Below are positions 11,990-23,701 of a DNA stretch of 45,145 nt, piece after piece. The translations under genes and the position numbers were made by a program. The notes beneath the pieces are model-generated. The model saw only the letters and a list, made by a program, of their open reading frames with translations, did no database searches and was not told where the DNA came from. The stretch comes from Dimorphilus gyrociliatus. Taxonomy: Eukaryota; Animalia; Annelida. How positions within the stretch are numbered: position 1 is the first letter of the stretch; every line of letters begins with the position of its first letter. The stretch is from contig CAJFCJ010000090.1 of NCBI GenBank assembly GCA_904063045.1, positions 51,967-97,111 on the forward strand, read 5' to 3'.

Positions 11990-13290
11990 GACTAGTCTTT
12001 GCAAAGTGCCATGTTTAGTATTCATACTATATGATTAAGACAAAGAGTTGATCCTTCACAAATAACAAAGAATCCGTCTTCTAGCATAAGTTTTACCTAA
12101 AACTATTGTTTCGATTTCAAAACTTTTTTTCAGTAAATTTCCCAACATTTTACATTGCGCAATTTCTAAATCACATCCAAGCAGATCAAGAGTGTTTAAA
12201 GATTTTGATGAATTTTGAAATTCGTTGCAAATGACATAAAATCCATCTTCCATAAAGTAAATCCAGCCTAAATTAATCATTTCAATTTTATAACAATTTC
12301 GAAATAGATTTCCAAACATTTGACTTTATTCTATATTCAAATGACAGTCAGTTAAACCTACAGTATTAAAACTGTCTGATGATATATCAAATCCTTGACA
12401 AATCTAAAAAAATCCATCTCCCATTTCGGATTGCTTCTTAAAGTTATTGTTTTTATTGCTCTAAAGTAATTTTTGAAAAGATTCCCAAATTTTTACCTTG
12501 TTCTCTATGCAAATCACAATTTGAAAATTCAAGACTCTGTAAAGTGTCTGATAATTTTAAAAGTCCTTTACAAATATCAAAAAATCTTCTCCGTGTTGAA
12601 ATTATTACTTAAAATTATTTATTTTATTTTACAGCAAACTTTAAGCAAATTTTCCACCATTTTAGCTTGTTCGGTATTCAAATTACAGTCAGATAAGTCA
12701 AAATTATCTAAAGTGTTTGATGATTGTTGAATTCCTACACAAATCTCCAGAAATCCTTTTTGCATATTGGCATTCCCACTTAAAGTTACTGTTTCCATTT
12801 TTGAGCGTATTTGAAGAAAACAACACAACTTTTCAGTTTGTGTTTTTTAAAAATGAATATATTCAAATTACAGTCAGATAGATCAAAACTATTTAAAGCG
12901 TTTGGTGATTTTTCAATTGCTTTACAAATATCATAAAATCTCTTTTCTAATATTCTATTTGCCCTTAAAGTTATTGTTTTTATATTAGAACAGTTTTTTA
13001 GAGAATTTCCCAAATGTCTTGTTTGTTCTCCATGCAAATTACATGCAGGAAAACCCAGACTATTTAAAATATTTGATGACCTTTGAAGTCCTTCAGGAAT
13101 ATCATAAAATTCAGTTCCCATTGTTTTCTTGCCCTGTAAAACTATTGTTTCTATTTTGGAACAGTTTTTAAATAAATCTCCCAACTTTTTACATCTTACT
13201 CCATCTAAATGACATAAAGAAAAATAAAGGCTTTTAATAGTGTTTGATGATTTTTCAAGTCCTTCACATATATCAAATTCCATTTTCTTA
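11990..13290 (-). pseudogene. Frameshifted ribonuclease-inhibitor-type LRR array (NLR C-terminal remnant)
   Basis: Overlapping ORFs in different frames (12786..13283, 12619..12828, 12056..12319) repeat a 28-29 aa unit (LNSFDLSDCNL, IETIVLQG/LRAN, FYDICKAIEKS); several frameshifts. Confidence 0.75.
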
Positions 13291-13333
13291 ATCTTGCTTA
13301 AAAGTTTTATTTGTAAAAGTCTTCACATGATTC

Positions 13334-13540
13334 GGATACGACAGAAAACGTCCCCAAATTCATGATTTAACCCTAACCCTAACCTAGCCCTTGTCTCTCC
13401 TTAACCTTTTTGATTGCTCCTAACCCTTAGATGGAACCCCCCTAACTATAAATCAAAAGCTACTTTACCCCTCCTAACCATTTTTCAATCCGAAATGTTG
13501 CTTTCAAAAATCTCATTTGGGGACGTTTTCTGTCGGCCCC
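13334..13540. mobile_element. 207-bp Mutator-type MITE with internal telomere-like repeats
   Basis: TIR gacagaaaacgtccccaaat / atttggggacgttttctgtc; 9-bp direct repeat acatgattc at 13325..13333 and 13541..13549; G...C termini; internal taaccctaaccctaacc. Confidence 0.85.
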
Positions 13541-14270
13541 ACATGATTCAACATAACAGTGTACTCTATGTCGATATATAGGATAGATTCCAGGTTGGGA
13601 AATGGTTGGGAGAAATAAGATAGCTATTAATATGTACTTAGAAGGGTCCCTTCTAAGGGTTAGGCAAAAACATGAAACCATTGTTTAAAACAGAAATATG
13701 GTTAAAACTTTACTTAAAATCACAGTTAAAACCACTACTAAAACATTTAGTTGTGATAACAATGATAGTAGTGCAGAAGAACGGCTATTTTGTAACCATG
13801 TATCCGAAATAAAGGATACAATATAAAATATTGAAGAAAAAGAAAATTGATTATTTAAAGTAAAAAACTTCATATCTTCACAAAATGAAAAATAATTGCA
13901 GTGTGATTAAAAGATTACTTTGTCCATGCCTGACACCATAGTTCAGATTTCTATCAATTATCTCTACAATAGTTCACAATTGTTTTATACTAAAACTTGG
14001 ATGTTAAAAGTAAATCCAAAGGTTTAAAAATTCTCAGGTTCACTCTAGTCATCTTATCTCATATCATCTGAAAATATATTATTATTATAATTATATCTAA
14101 CCTGCTATTGAATTATCATATTATTACTAGGCTTGAATATTCTCTACAAGTTTCAATAAACTTGAAAAAACAGATCACTTTCATTGGCAATATTGTTTCA
14201 ATATAAAGTGCTTATTTCAAAAAATTTCCAGACTTTGTAATGTTTCTATTTAAAGGAATGAACATTATAA

Positions 14271-14780
14271 TTAGGAGAATTGCAGACAATCCATTGGAGT
14301 ATATTTAAAACAAATTACAATGTACAACATTGATAACCATATTTCTTTAAATTTGAACAAGTTATGAAAATAATGTGAACAAACCAGCTTAAGTGAAGGT
14401 TCTCTTTCAAGTTTCTCCAAACAAATCCCACATAATTGTTCTTCAAGATCATTGAATATGTATAAAATACTCTCAACTTGAGCATTTACAACACTTCCAT
14501 CTTGTTGAACCAACTGTCGAGTATGATTAGAATTTTCTTGCACAACCTGTTTAAAAGTTAGAATAGTGAGGTCTCTTGTTAAAGGATCATTCATAAACTT
14601 CCAAAATAGTTTAGAAAATAGAGAAGCCAATTTTTTCATGATATTTTCAGGTAGAAGATCTATTTGTAACTCCGCAAATAATGTTTCAATCGCAATGCAA
14701 TTATGGTCACTGTAATAAGGAACTTCCCGGTAGAAGTTCCAATTTAACATTTTTCCATATTTTTTTTTTAAATTTTTCAA
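14271..14780 (-). pseudogene. RING-H2-like zinc-finger gene fragment (possibly an exon or pseudogene)
   Basis: CGICLEKLE...VCSHYFH...IWL matches the first half of a RING-H2 finger; the terminal CxxC pair is not evident. The ORF has no ATG start. Confidence 0.55.
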
Positions 14781-15189
14781 TATATTCTTCTTCTGGATTG
14801 TTGTTTATAAATACCAAAATAGTTTTACGAAAAATATCATTATAGCAGATTTTCAGGACTTTTACCTTTTTTAAATTTAATATTTAAGATTTTTCTTGTA
14901 ATCAGTGTTTTTTCGGATACTGAATTGAATACAATATCTAGAGACATATTAAATTTGATAAGAGAAATAATAAAATGGTCATCATTTCCATGACTTTACT
15001 TTGTGATAGATTATCAATATTCTTACCTGATATGTCAGCTATGACTAATCTAGCTTGCTTGTTTTAGTTCCTGTTATGGAACAAAATGATTTTTAAGTCT
15101 TAAACTTAGAAACATTGATTGGATTTAAGCTTCTCAAACATCCAGATTCTGTAATTAAAAGTTTATGCCAGATCTCATACTAGCCGACA

Positions 15190-15370
15190 AAACTATCCAG
15201 TACCTTGCAACAACTCGATGGGTAATATTGCTTCATTCAGCCTTGAGTTCTCAGATCTGGCACCATCAGACTATTAGCTTTTCTGGAGATTAAAGGACCA
15301 TCTTCGTGGTCAAACTTATAAGAATAGTGATGAATTAAAAAATGCATTAGGGGCATTTTTTATTGCGGCC
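15190..15370 (+). mobile_element. Mariner transposase C-terminal relic
   Basis: Translates as SDLAPSDY*LFWRLKDHLRGQTYKNSDELKNAL, matching the mariner SPDLAPSDY motif; contains an internal stop. Confidence 0.8.
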
Positions 15371-15429
15371 TAAAAGAGTATTAGTAAATCTTTGATTTGT
15401 TCTCTTCTGTTCATTTTTTAATTGTGCCA

Positions 15430-17760
15430 TGAGGAGAAAAATGAGATATATTTTTTAGAAAGAATTGACATTAAAATTATTATATTTGAAGTATCGCATC
15501 CATTTAGTGTATTTAGAAATTCTTCATTTGATTTAAAATTTAAAAATGATGTCATTTCTAAACAAATAGTTATTTCTAAAAGAGGTTTTAATTCCTGTGT
15601 AAAGTATCAAATTCTTTCAGTTTATCATCATAAATCTTTGATTGGTCAATGTTGTCTTTTCTTTCATCGTGAGACGAAGAGTTATTGCGGGTCTTTCGTT
15701 ATCTACAAGTACAAACTCTATCAAGAAAATAACATTTGAAAGTTGATTTATAGCTACTGGATTCCTCTCTATCATTAATTGAATAATTAAAAATATTTTT
15801 TAAAAATTACTGCATATTTCAATAGTGTTATGAAAAATTTTAACAACAAACAGACTATCTTTTTTCAATAGGTTTTCTGTTAAAACAATTCTAATTCCAA
15901 TATCAGAAAAAAAAATGTTTCATATTTTTTCATCAACACAAATTTTTCTATATATTTTTCATGCCAAATAACAACAGATTTCTTGTTTATTCCTTTCAAT
16001 TTTAGACAAATAACTTATAGATTCATCTGAAGAGATTCATATTTTAAATTTAAAAATAATTTAAATTTTTCAAAATATTTTCAATTATTCACTTTGTATT
16101 TCATTTAATTTCAATTTGTTGAAATTAACACCCAACATCTCTGGCTTTTTGGCAAAGCCAGAGACACAAATGGAATTTCTCTTAAAAGTTATCGAAGATG
16201 AATTAATCCTACCACTTTCTCAAATTCTATTGTATTTATTTTTCTTAATGTCATAAGTAGCAATGTTTTCAAACAAAGAACTTGAATAAAATAATACATC
16301 ATCATTTAAATCACATTGTTTTAAGTTAAGTTGTTTTAAAGTCTCCAAACAATGTTTTAATGCATCACATATCCTAAAAACTCCTTTTTCCATTCTTTGA
16401 TTCTCAGATAAATTAATCACTTCTCATGATGAACAGATTTTTAATGTTTCTCCTAACCACTCCAATTGGCTATCATTCAAATCACAATTGCTCACGTCAA
16501 TTTCTCTTAAAGGCTTTGAAGAGTGTTTGATTCCATAACATATACTTTCAAAATATTTACCCATGCTTTGATTACCAGATAAATTAATCACTTTTAATGA
16601 TGTCAAAATTTGAACTAAAGAGTCAACTGCCTGATAATTTATGTTACAGTCAGACAAATTGATTATTTTTTCTGATGAACAGATATTAATTTTTTTCCCA
16701 AACAGTTAGCTTGGTGATCAAAGAAGTGAGAGTTAGATATATCTTTTTGTTCTAAAGTGTTTGATGAAGATCTCAGTACATCAAAAGTACACTCAAATTC
16801 AAACGTTTCCTTTGCCACTCAGAGTCGTATTGAAATAGTCGACCAGAAGAAAAGGGAAGGTGTTCATATTTGTTATTTAATGATGTGAAAGCATTAAATA
16901 TGTAAAATGTGCTTTCATTATTATGAAAAACCAAACTTTCAAGAAAAAAATATTTCAAGAAATTTTTTTCGATTCTAAGAATTGTTACTGTGGTGTTTGA
17001 TATTTAAACTGTAATTTTCTATTAAAACATCAGTTAACAAATCAATTTCAATGCAATTTTCTAGTGAAGCATTACGAAGGTTTGAATATCGTAGTTGTTG
17101 TATATTTGTGCACTTCAAAAGCAAGTCAACACATTTTCTACCTTGGCTTTGTATTTCCAAATGTTTGTACTCAAGTATATTGAATGTTTCCAGTGTTTGG
17201 GTCCAAATTTGAACCAATTTTGTTACCTGATATAGTTTCCTTTGATTCAAAAGCATAATATGTTTTGAAAGGTATGTTGTTAGGATTAATTACTGAACAA
17301 TTCGTTACTTTAAGATTCTAACGTGATTATCATTGCAATTTGCTATTTCAAATGCAATATCACATGTACTTATTATTTGTTGACCTGTCCATTTTCTAGT
17401 CACAAGACACTGGGAATATCATGGTTAAGTTCATTGATTATATGATTGAGCTTATGTGTTCTAAAGCAAAATTCATCAGCTCCATCTAACAATAAAGTAA
17501 CATCTCTTCTCTTTCCTTTGCATATTAATTCAATGATATTTTCATTGAAATATTCAATGTTTTTAAAATTATGTATATAAATCTTTCAATTTTCTACTAA
17601 TAAATCCTTTTTTAACCAAATACAAACAAAGATGTTTAAATGTTAATAATTCATTTAGTAATATTTGAATTTTGTCAATAGAATATTCAAAGCACAATTA
17701 GAGCATATAATTCATTTTTTATTAGGCCAATACCGCACAGAACAATACTGGTTAAATATT
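15430..17760 (-). pseudogene. Decayed NLR (NACHT plus LRR) gene
   Basis: Hand translation gives Walker B VTLLLDGADEF near 17470-17500, a degenerate Walker A-like IVLCGIGLIK near 17730, and a frameshifted sensor-1 region. RI-type LRRs occur in ORFs 16424..16657 and 16220..16420. Many stops and frameshifts. Confidence 0.75.
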
Positions 17761-17799
17761 TCTAATATAAGTGTCAAAAATGACATTCTGTATAACGAA

Positions 17800-17812
17800 T
17801 GTGTGTGTGTGT
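17800..17812. repeat. Short (GT)n microsatellite at the edge of a CpG-rich block
   Basis: gtgtgtgtgtgt read directly from the sequence. Confidence 0.7.
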
Positions 17813-18440
17813 CGTGAACGTGTGGCAGTGTGACCGTTCAAGTGTGTATGTGGCAACGTTCCGTGGTTCGTGATTCGCGATTCGTAAAACGCAAATGTGT
17901 GAATGCATGTGCTTTTGTGTGTAAGCTAAAGGGTGCGTGGTGACCGTCAGACCAGGTGTTGAGCAGTGCTTGACAGTCGCCTATAAAAAAGGCATAGCCA
18001 AGTTTACATGGGCACAACAAAAATACAATTTAGACGGACTGTTAAGTAGTACATCAGTACATGTAAAACAGAAAATCGAGGGTAGCGGGTGAAACCGTAC
18101 CCATGCAGGGTGAAACTGTACCCATAAAAATATTATATTTTTTTAATTTTATTATTTAGAATTATAATAATGGAACCTACAAAAATAAAAACACTGTTGA
18201 AATATAAACTGACAGCCATTTTAAAAATGAAGAAACTGAACTTAACTTTCACTTTGGAAAGAATTTAATTTGAAAGTCAAGCTTTTTTGATAATTATATT
18301 TGGGCAAAGATTATCATTTTAGATTTAACAGAGGTAATTTCATGTGCATTGTAATCTAGATTAATGTTATATTCATATTTTCAATACATGTTTTTTAATT
18401 TTGTGAAAAAATCCAATTTATTTGCTTGGTCAGTCAAAAC

Positions 18441-19468
18441 GGGACCCAGACAAAACGTCCCCTGACAAAAATTCCCTGGATAAAATGTCCCCTGCACAGA
18501 TTGTCTCTTGAGCTAGAGAAGTGACATAATTTCTTTCTTGTACTAAATAATGTTTTATTGAATTGCTAATTAACTATTAATATAAAGTGTTTCAAACTAT
18601 ATTAAATATACTTAGAATTAGAATTATTTGATTTGAAGAAAAAAGTACTATTGTACAGGAAGTCTTGTCCACTTCCTGTTTTTGATACCTGGTAGCCATC
18701 TTTTTTTACTACAATTATTATTCTTTGTGCTGTAACCATTGTTTCTGATTTAAAACAGGGTGATTTTGGTATAGATATTTCATCAAAAACTTTCATACTC
18801 CCAAGGTATTTATTTAAAAAAAGTAAGTTATTTTCTTAATCTTTATTTGGCCATTGTGTAATGTCAACTTTCTAATATTTCATCAGGTGATGGCTCCTTA
18901 CTGTCAAATGTGTACATATAGAATATTTGGAAGAAAATTCACAAGGAAATGCTCACTCTGCTCTCATCAGTTTAACTTTCATAAAAAATGTATTTCAAGT
19001 AATATTCACATTTATTATTATATCATTTTTATTTATTTCTATGTATTTGCAGTGTCTGATGTATAGTTATGTTCCACCTGCACTGATATCTCCAAAAAGA
19101 AGTGCTTTGTCTCATTAAATAGCAGTACCTGTTCCAGACCTACATTTGTTCAAGATAACTCTTTTACTGGAGATAAAAATGGAAAAGTTGAAATTGTAGG
19201 GAATGAACAAGAATTATCTGATCAGAGGAATAATGGAAACCATTCAACACATGTCTCTCAAGATGATTTAATGGAAAACTCTTTTGATAACTCAAATATT
19301 CAAGAAATAGATGAAATGGATCCTGCATTCACAATATTGGAAGGAATGAGTCAAAAATGAAAATATCTCCTTTTGCATGAAGGATACAGTTATACTGTAA
19401 AGGAAAACGTTTTGGGGGATGCTTTGTCCAGGGGTCGTTTTGTCCAGGGGACGTTTTGTCCAGCATTC
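18441..19468. mobile_element. Non-autonomous Mutator-type element carrying a PHD-finger fragment, inserted in the MULE transposase
   Basis: 9-bp TSD agtcaaaac at 18432..18440 and 19469..19477; TIRs with repeated gacaaaacgtcccctg units. Excision restores the frame LLGQSK-HWFIDGTFK. Internal CQMC...CSLC...HKKC...LCSTC. Confidence 0.85.
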
Positions 19469-20164
19469 AGTCAAAACACTGGTTCATTGATGGGACATTT
19501 AAAATGGTAAAGGATCCTTTTTATCAGCTCTTATCTATACACAGCTATGTCAAAAAAAGATGGTGAAATGAAACATATTCCATTGGCATTTATTTTTATG
19601 TCACAGCCTGAGAAGATAACAATTGATTTTGAGAAAGCTGCATCCAAAATATATCCAGAATCACAAATTCATGGATGTATATTCCATTTTACACAAGCAA
19701 TATATAGGAAAATACAGGTAAAACATTTAATTTAACCTTTAAGGTTTGTTTTTACAATTATGATCCTTCAAGTCTCTTGGATACTCTGGAAAGTATATGG
19801 AGAAAGGAGAGGACTGGAGAGACATGAGAAAGCTGATGGCTTTACCTTTTCTGCCTGCTCATATCATTGCTCCAACATTTCACAGATTGAAATCTCAACT
19901 TACAGAAAAAGAAAAATTTGCAGACTTGTTGGAATATTTTGAAGCAACTTGGATTATGAACTCTATATGGAAACCAGAGAATTGGTCTATATATGGATTA
20001 TGCATAAGGACTAATAACAGTGTGGAAGGATGGCACAATAGAATGAATAATAAAGTACCATCTAAAGGATTATTTTATTGGCTGCTTGATGACCTTTTAG
20101 AAAATTATAGACTTGGAGGGCTTTTTGCAGATGAATTATTAGTTCAAACATCATATATAAAGTA

Positions 20165-21305
20165 AACTTCATAAAAATTGGAACACCTCGAATTTTGAAT
20201 AGGCCAACATATAAAACATGTTTTTCACTAAGAAAAAAGATATTTTTTTAATTTTTTTTGCATAAAATGTTAGATTAAATTTATATATAATTTTCTTTCA
20301 AATACGATTTAGGTAAGATTTTATATCATTTTTTTTGTTTATATTATGTACTGTTTTATTGATTTTTTTTTCTTATTTGGCCACACTTCATAATAATTGG
20401 AACACCAACAAAAATGTTCCTATTATTCCTACTTTTGAATCTGAGTACCCTCTTTTTTGATGCATTGCCTAATTCTATGCCGCATTCCATCATATAGACA
20501 TGGTAACAACTCTGGCTGCTCTTTTATAAGCTCATAAGAGCATTTTTTGATTTTTTTCCACAATTTGTCCTCTGATTTGAATTGTGGACCATCATATACC
20601 AGGTTTTTGGTAAGGTGCCACATGTTCTCGATTGGGCTGAGGTCAGGGCTCTTTGCTGGCCAATCAAGAGGATGGATATCATTCATTTGAAAGGCTCTTT
20701 TAGTCATCCTTGCCATGTGGCACCCAGCATTATCTTGCTGGAAGATGTATTTCCTCCCCATTTTTGCCTCAATCTCTTCAATAACAGGGAGGACATCTTC
20801 CACAATAAAACAGCTGTAATTTTCAACATTAAGCCTTTTCCTTATCCACCAAATTTCGAATATTCCATCATAGGTTATTAGTCCCCAGATCATTAATCCA
20901 CCTCTGCCAAGGTTTTTCATCACCCTGAAATCTTTTTCGCCATCTTTGGTCCAGGTTCGAAAATCATCTGGCCCACTCAGTGAGAATCTAGCCTTGTCAG
21001 TGAAAATTACTTTAGACCAGTCTAGATTATCATTGATCATCTGAAGACAGCAACTTTTTCTCCTCTTACAATTATTTGTTGTAAGATCAAGTGTTTGCCT
21101 AACTCGCTTATACCTAAATTTTTGTTTTTTTAGCTCTCTCTGTATGGTTAATAGGCTGACATCTACATCTAACTCTTTCAAAATTTTTCTTGCTGTCACC
21201 CTCTCCTTATTTATTTTCATTTTCTTTATAGCCCTCTTCATCCTGCCTATATCTCTCTCTGTAAGTTTCTTTGGACAACCTCTATTCTCCTCTTCTGGTG
21301 GTTGA
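20165..21305 (-). mobile_element. 5'-truncated Tc1 (DD34E) element nested in the MULE
   Basis: ORF 20429..21241 has an open DDE domain (TDKARF, QQDNAGCH, DLSPIENMW) homologous to the 3977..5638 element. Only one TIR is present, with direct repeats acttcataa(a/t)aattggaacacc near 20167 and 20385; the other end abuts the MULE TIR. Confidence 0.88.
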
Positions 21306-21627
21306 TTAGTATTATATATAGTTTTCTTTAGTATTAATAAAATTAAAAAAACCTAATATTTTTATGGGTACGGTTTCACCCAAAATGGGTACGGTTTCAG
21401 CCCTATTCAAAATCGAGAACGAATCGACTTTTTATACAATGAGAATGTAAAGAATATAAAAACAAAAAGAATTGCGTAAAAATTTATCTAAATGTTGTAA
21501 CAGATTTTTCGTTTTTGGCTATCTGTCTTTAATTTATTAAAGATTCCTTCCCTATTTTCATATGTTGACAACAAAGCAACATGCAATAATAAGAACATTT
21601 AGATTGGTTCATTGTGAAATATTCCAG

Positions 21628-22671
21628 TTATGTAGACACTGTTGAGATTGTTGATGTTAATCCCTCTGACTTTTTATTGGAAAAGAGCAAACCAAGTTCC
21701 TTTCTAAACTTTTCACCAGTCGCGCAATAAATATAGAAATTAATGGCGCTATTACTGACAGCAAACGTATTAAAGATCCTACTAATAGTTAATAATTTAT
21801 TAGTTTCTTTAATACTAGCTTCCTGCCATATTCCAGAGTATTGTAAATACCATGATATAATACCAACTGGTAAAGTTGCAATAATCAAATATGTCGACAC
21901 AAAGAGAAGCATGATTGTCATCTGAGTTGATTTTTTTTCATTTTTTGACATATTATTTTGAACCATTGCCGATCTTTCTTTTTTTGCTTTAATCAATGCA
22001 TTTATAATAAGAACATTGAATATTGTAATAATTATAGCTGGTAGAATAGTGTAAAATAGAGTATCTAATATCCCAAGAACTTTATATAAAAAGTACTCAA
22101 AGCTTGAATTTATACCTTGGCAGTATACTGAAGTGGACCATTTATCATTTGGATCTACTGTTACGTAAACTTTACCAAAAGAATAGAATAGGAAATGATA
22201 GAATATTGTAAAAGTAGATACTAGGCAAAAACAAACAACCTTCGCCCGGAAATTGGTTGATATGGTTTTAGACTTTGTTGGAAACAGTACATGAATACTC
22301 CTGTCTACAGTCATAGCTGCAACTAGCCAACTAGCTGTTGATGCACTCCAAAATGTTAAATAGTATGCAGTAGCGCAAAAGAAATACTTCAAAATCGACT
22401 GACTAACAGTGAAGAATCCGAGGAGTGAGTTTAAATTTAATATAATATTTGAAAATAATGTTAAAGTATCAAACACTGAAAGATATCTGACAAAGATTGA
22501 TAACGTTGTTTTATTCATTGATGGTCTACTGAAAACCAAAAAGCTGAGAACGTTTCCAACTGTTCCGAGAACCATGAAAAGCAATTGCAAAACATATACT
22601 GAGATATAAAGAGCCTTAGCCTCAGGGAACATTGATTCTCCCTTCAATATAGAATCTGTAACATTGTCCAT
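21628..22671 (-). CDS. Intronless rhodopsin-class GPCR of the FMRFamide-receptor-like/orphan peptide receptor type
   Basis: Single ORF with seven hydrophobic segments, GNVLSFLV, MTVDRSIHVLFP, ATLPVG and NSAINFYIYCATGEKFRKEL; first ATG at 22671 (MDNVTDS, N-glycosylation sequon). Confidence 0.92.
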   Translation of the reverse strand: MDNVTDSILKGESMFPEAKALYISVYVLQLLFMVLGTVGNVLSFLVFSRPSMNKTTLSIFVRYLSVFDTLTLFSNIILNLNSLLGFFTVSQSILKYFFCATAYYLTFWSASTASWLVAAMTVDRSIHVLFPTKSKTISTNFRAKVVCFCLVSTFTIFYHFLFYSFGKVYVTVDPNDKWSTSVYCQGINSSFEYFLYKVLGILDTLFYTILPAIIITIFNVLIINALIKAKKERSAMVQNNMSKNEKKSTQMTIMLLFVSTYLIIATLPVGIISWYLQYSGIWQEASIKETNKLLTISRIFNTFAVSNSAINFYIYCATGEKFRKELGLLFSNKKSEGLTSTISTVST

Positions 22672-23701
22672 GTTTTTTTGTTTTACTCTACCAAGTGAGA
22701 AGAACAACAGTTTAAATACTAAAAAGACTATCTATAAAAATAGACTTTTATCAAGATCCTTTTATTACAAAACATTAAAAAAATCATAATCTAACGTAGA
22801 CTACTCCCAATTTTAATTTTTACTTATCTTTAAACAATTAGATAGAAATTTTGAGTATAAATCAGCCACTAGTTCTAAACAAAGAGGCTAAAGGTCGTAC
22901 TGACTGAGGACTTTGAAGTTGGCCACAAATAACTGTATTAAGGAATTAAAAGTGTTTGAATTATATATATTGTTAGCCAAAGTACAAAATCTACAAAGTA
23001 GATATAAAATAAAAAAAAATTTGATCAGTTCTTGTCAATTAGTTTGTTCAGTTGTCCATTCATACCCACTCTTATTATATGTATTGATCTATACTTCTTT
23101 GAACTCTCATTCTTCCCTCATTCGTGCAAAATGCAAAAAGCTATAGTGTTGGTTTTGATTAATAATCGTATTAAGTCATTATCCCTCTCTCTTTTAAAAT
23201 TCTTAGCCATAATCAAGATTCTAAAAGTAGAACAATAGTTGATTGGATTTAGTAAAAAAAATTGGGTGTGTCATTATTGTCAAAAAATCTAAAAGTTTGC
23301 GAGAAAACAGCCCAGTGGACTGAAGTTTAGGTTGTGGTTTTGAGCACTTTTAGGTTTAGAATAATTTTAATTTGAATATTCGTCTGTTGATGTAGGGCTG
23401 AACTAAGGCTTAGCAAGCATAAAGTGGAAAGTATCTTGTTAACTATTGGCTGCTTTCCGCCATACCCTTTAAATTTCAAATTTTACATATATAAATATTT
23501 AAATCTTATTCACCACACCCTCTTTAGCATTCTATTTATGTTATTCTCTTTGACAAGCATTTAATAAGAAAAGATAAAAATATTAGAAGGCAACATGTCC
23601 ATATAATCATGACAAAATGCTGAAAAGTGTTTTATAACAAACTAGACAATATTTAATTTTTTTGTCATTTACAGCATGTAGATTGATATTTATTCTAAAC
23701 T

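Larger units (their letters stand above)
18081..21408 (+). mobile_element. Mutator-like (MULE) transposon, inactivated, carrying two nested elements
   Basis: 9-bp TSD aaaatcgag at 18072..18080 and 21409..21417. TIRs are built of gggtgaaaccgtaccc sub-repeats. Transposase motifs WFIDGTFK, ITIDFE, GCIFHFTQAI and TNNSVEGWHNRMN lie in 19478..20090. Confidence 0.9.

Noticed and set aside
13367-13385. taaccctaaccctaacc as a chromosome end or interstitial telomere
   Set aside because: Fewer than three units, and enclosed within a MITE bounded by TIRs and a TSD.
13637-13657. Perfect hairpin cttagaaggg-t-cccttctaag as a Helitron end or terminator
   Set aside because: No CTRR terminus or 5' TC boundary was identified; isolated palindrome.
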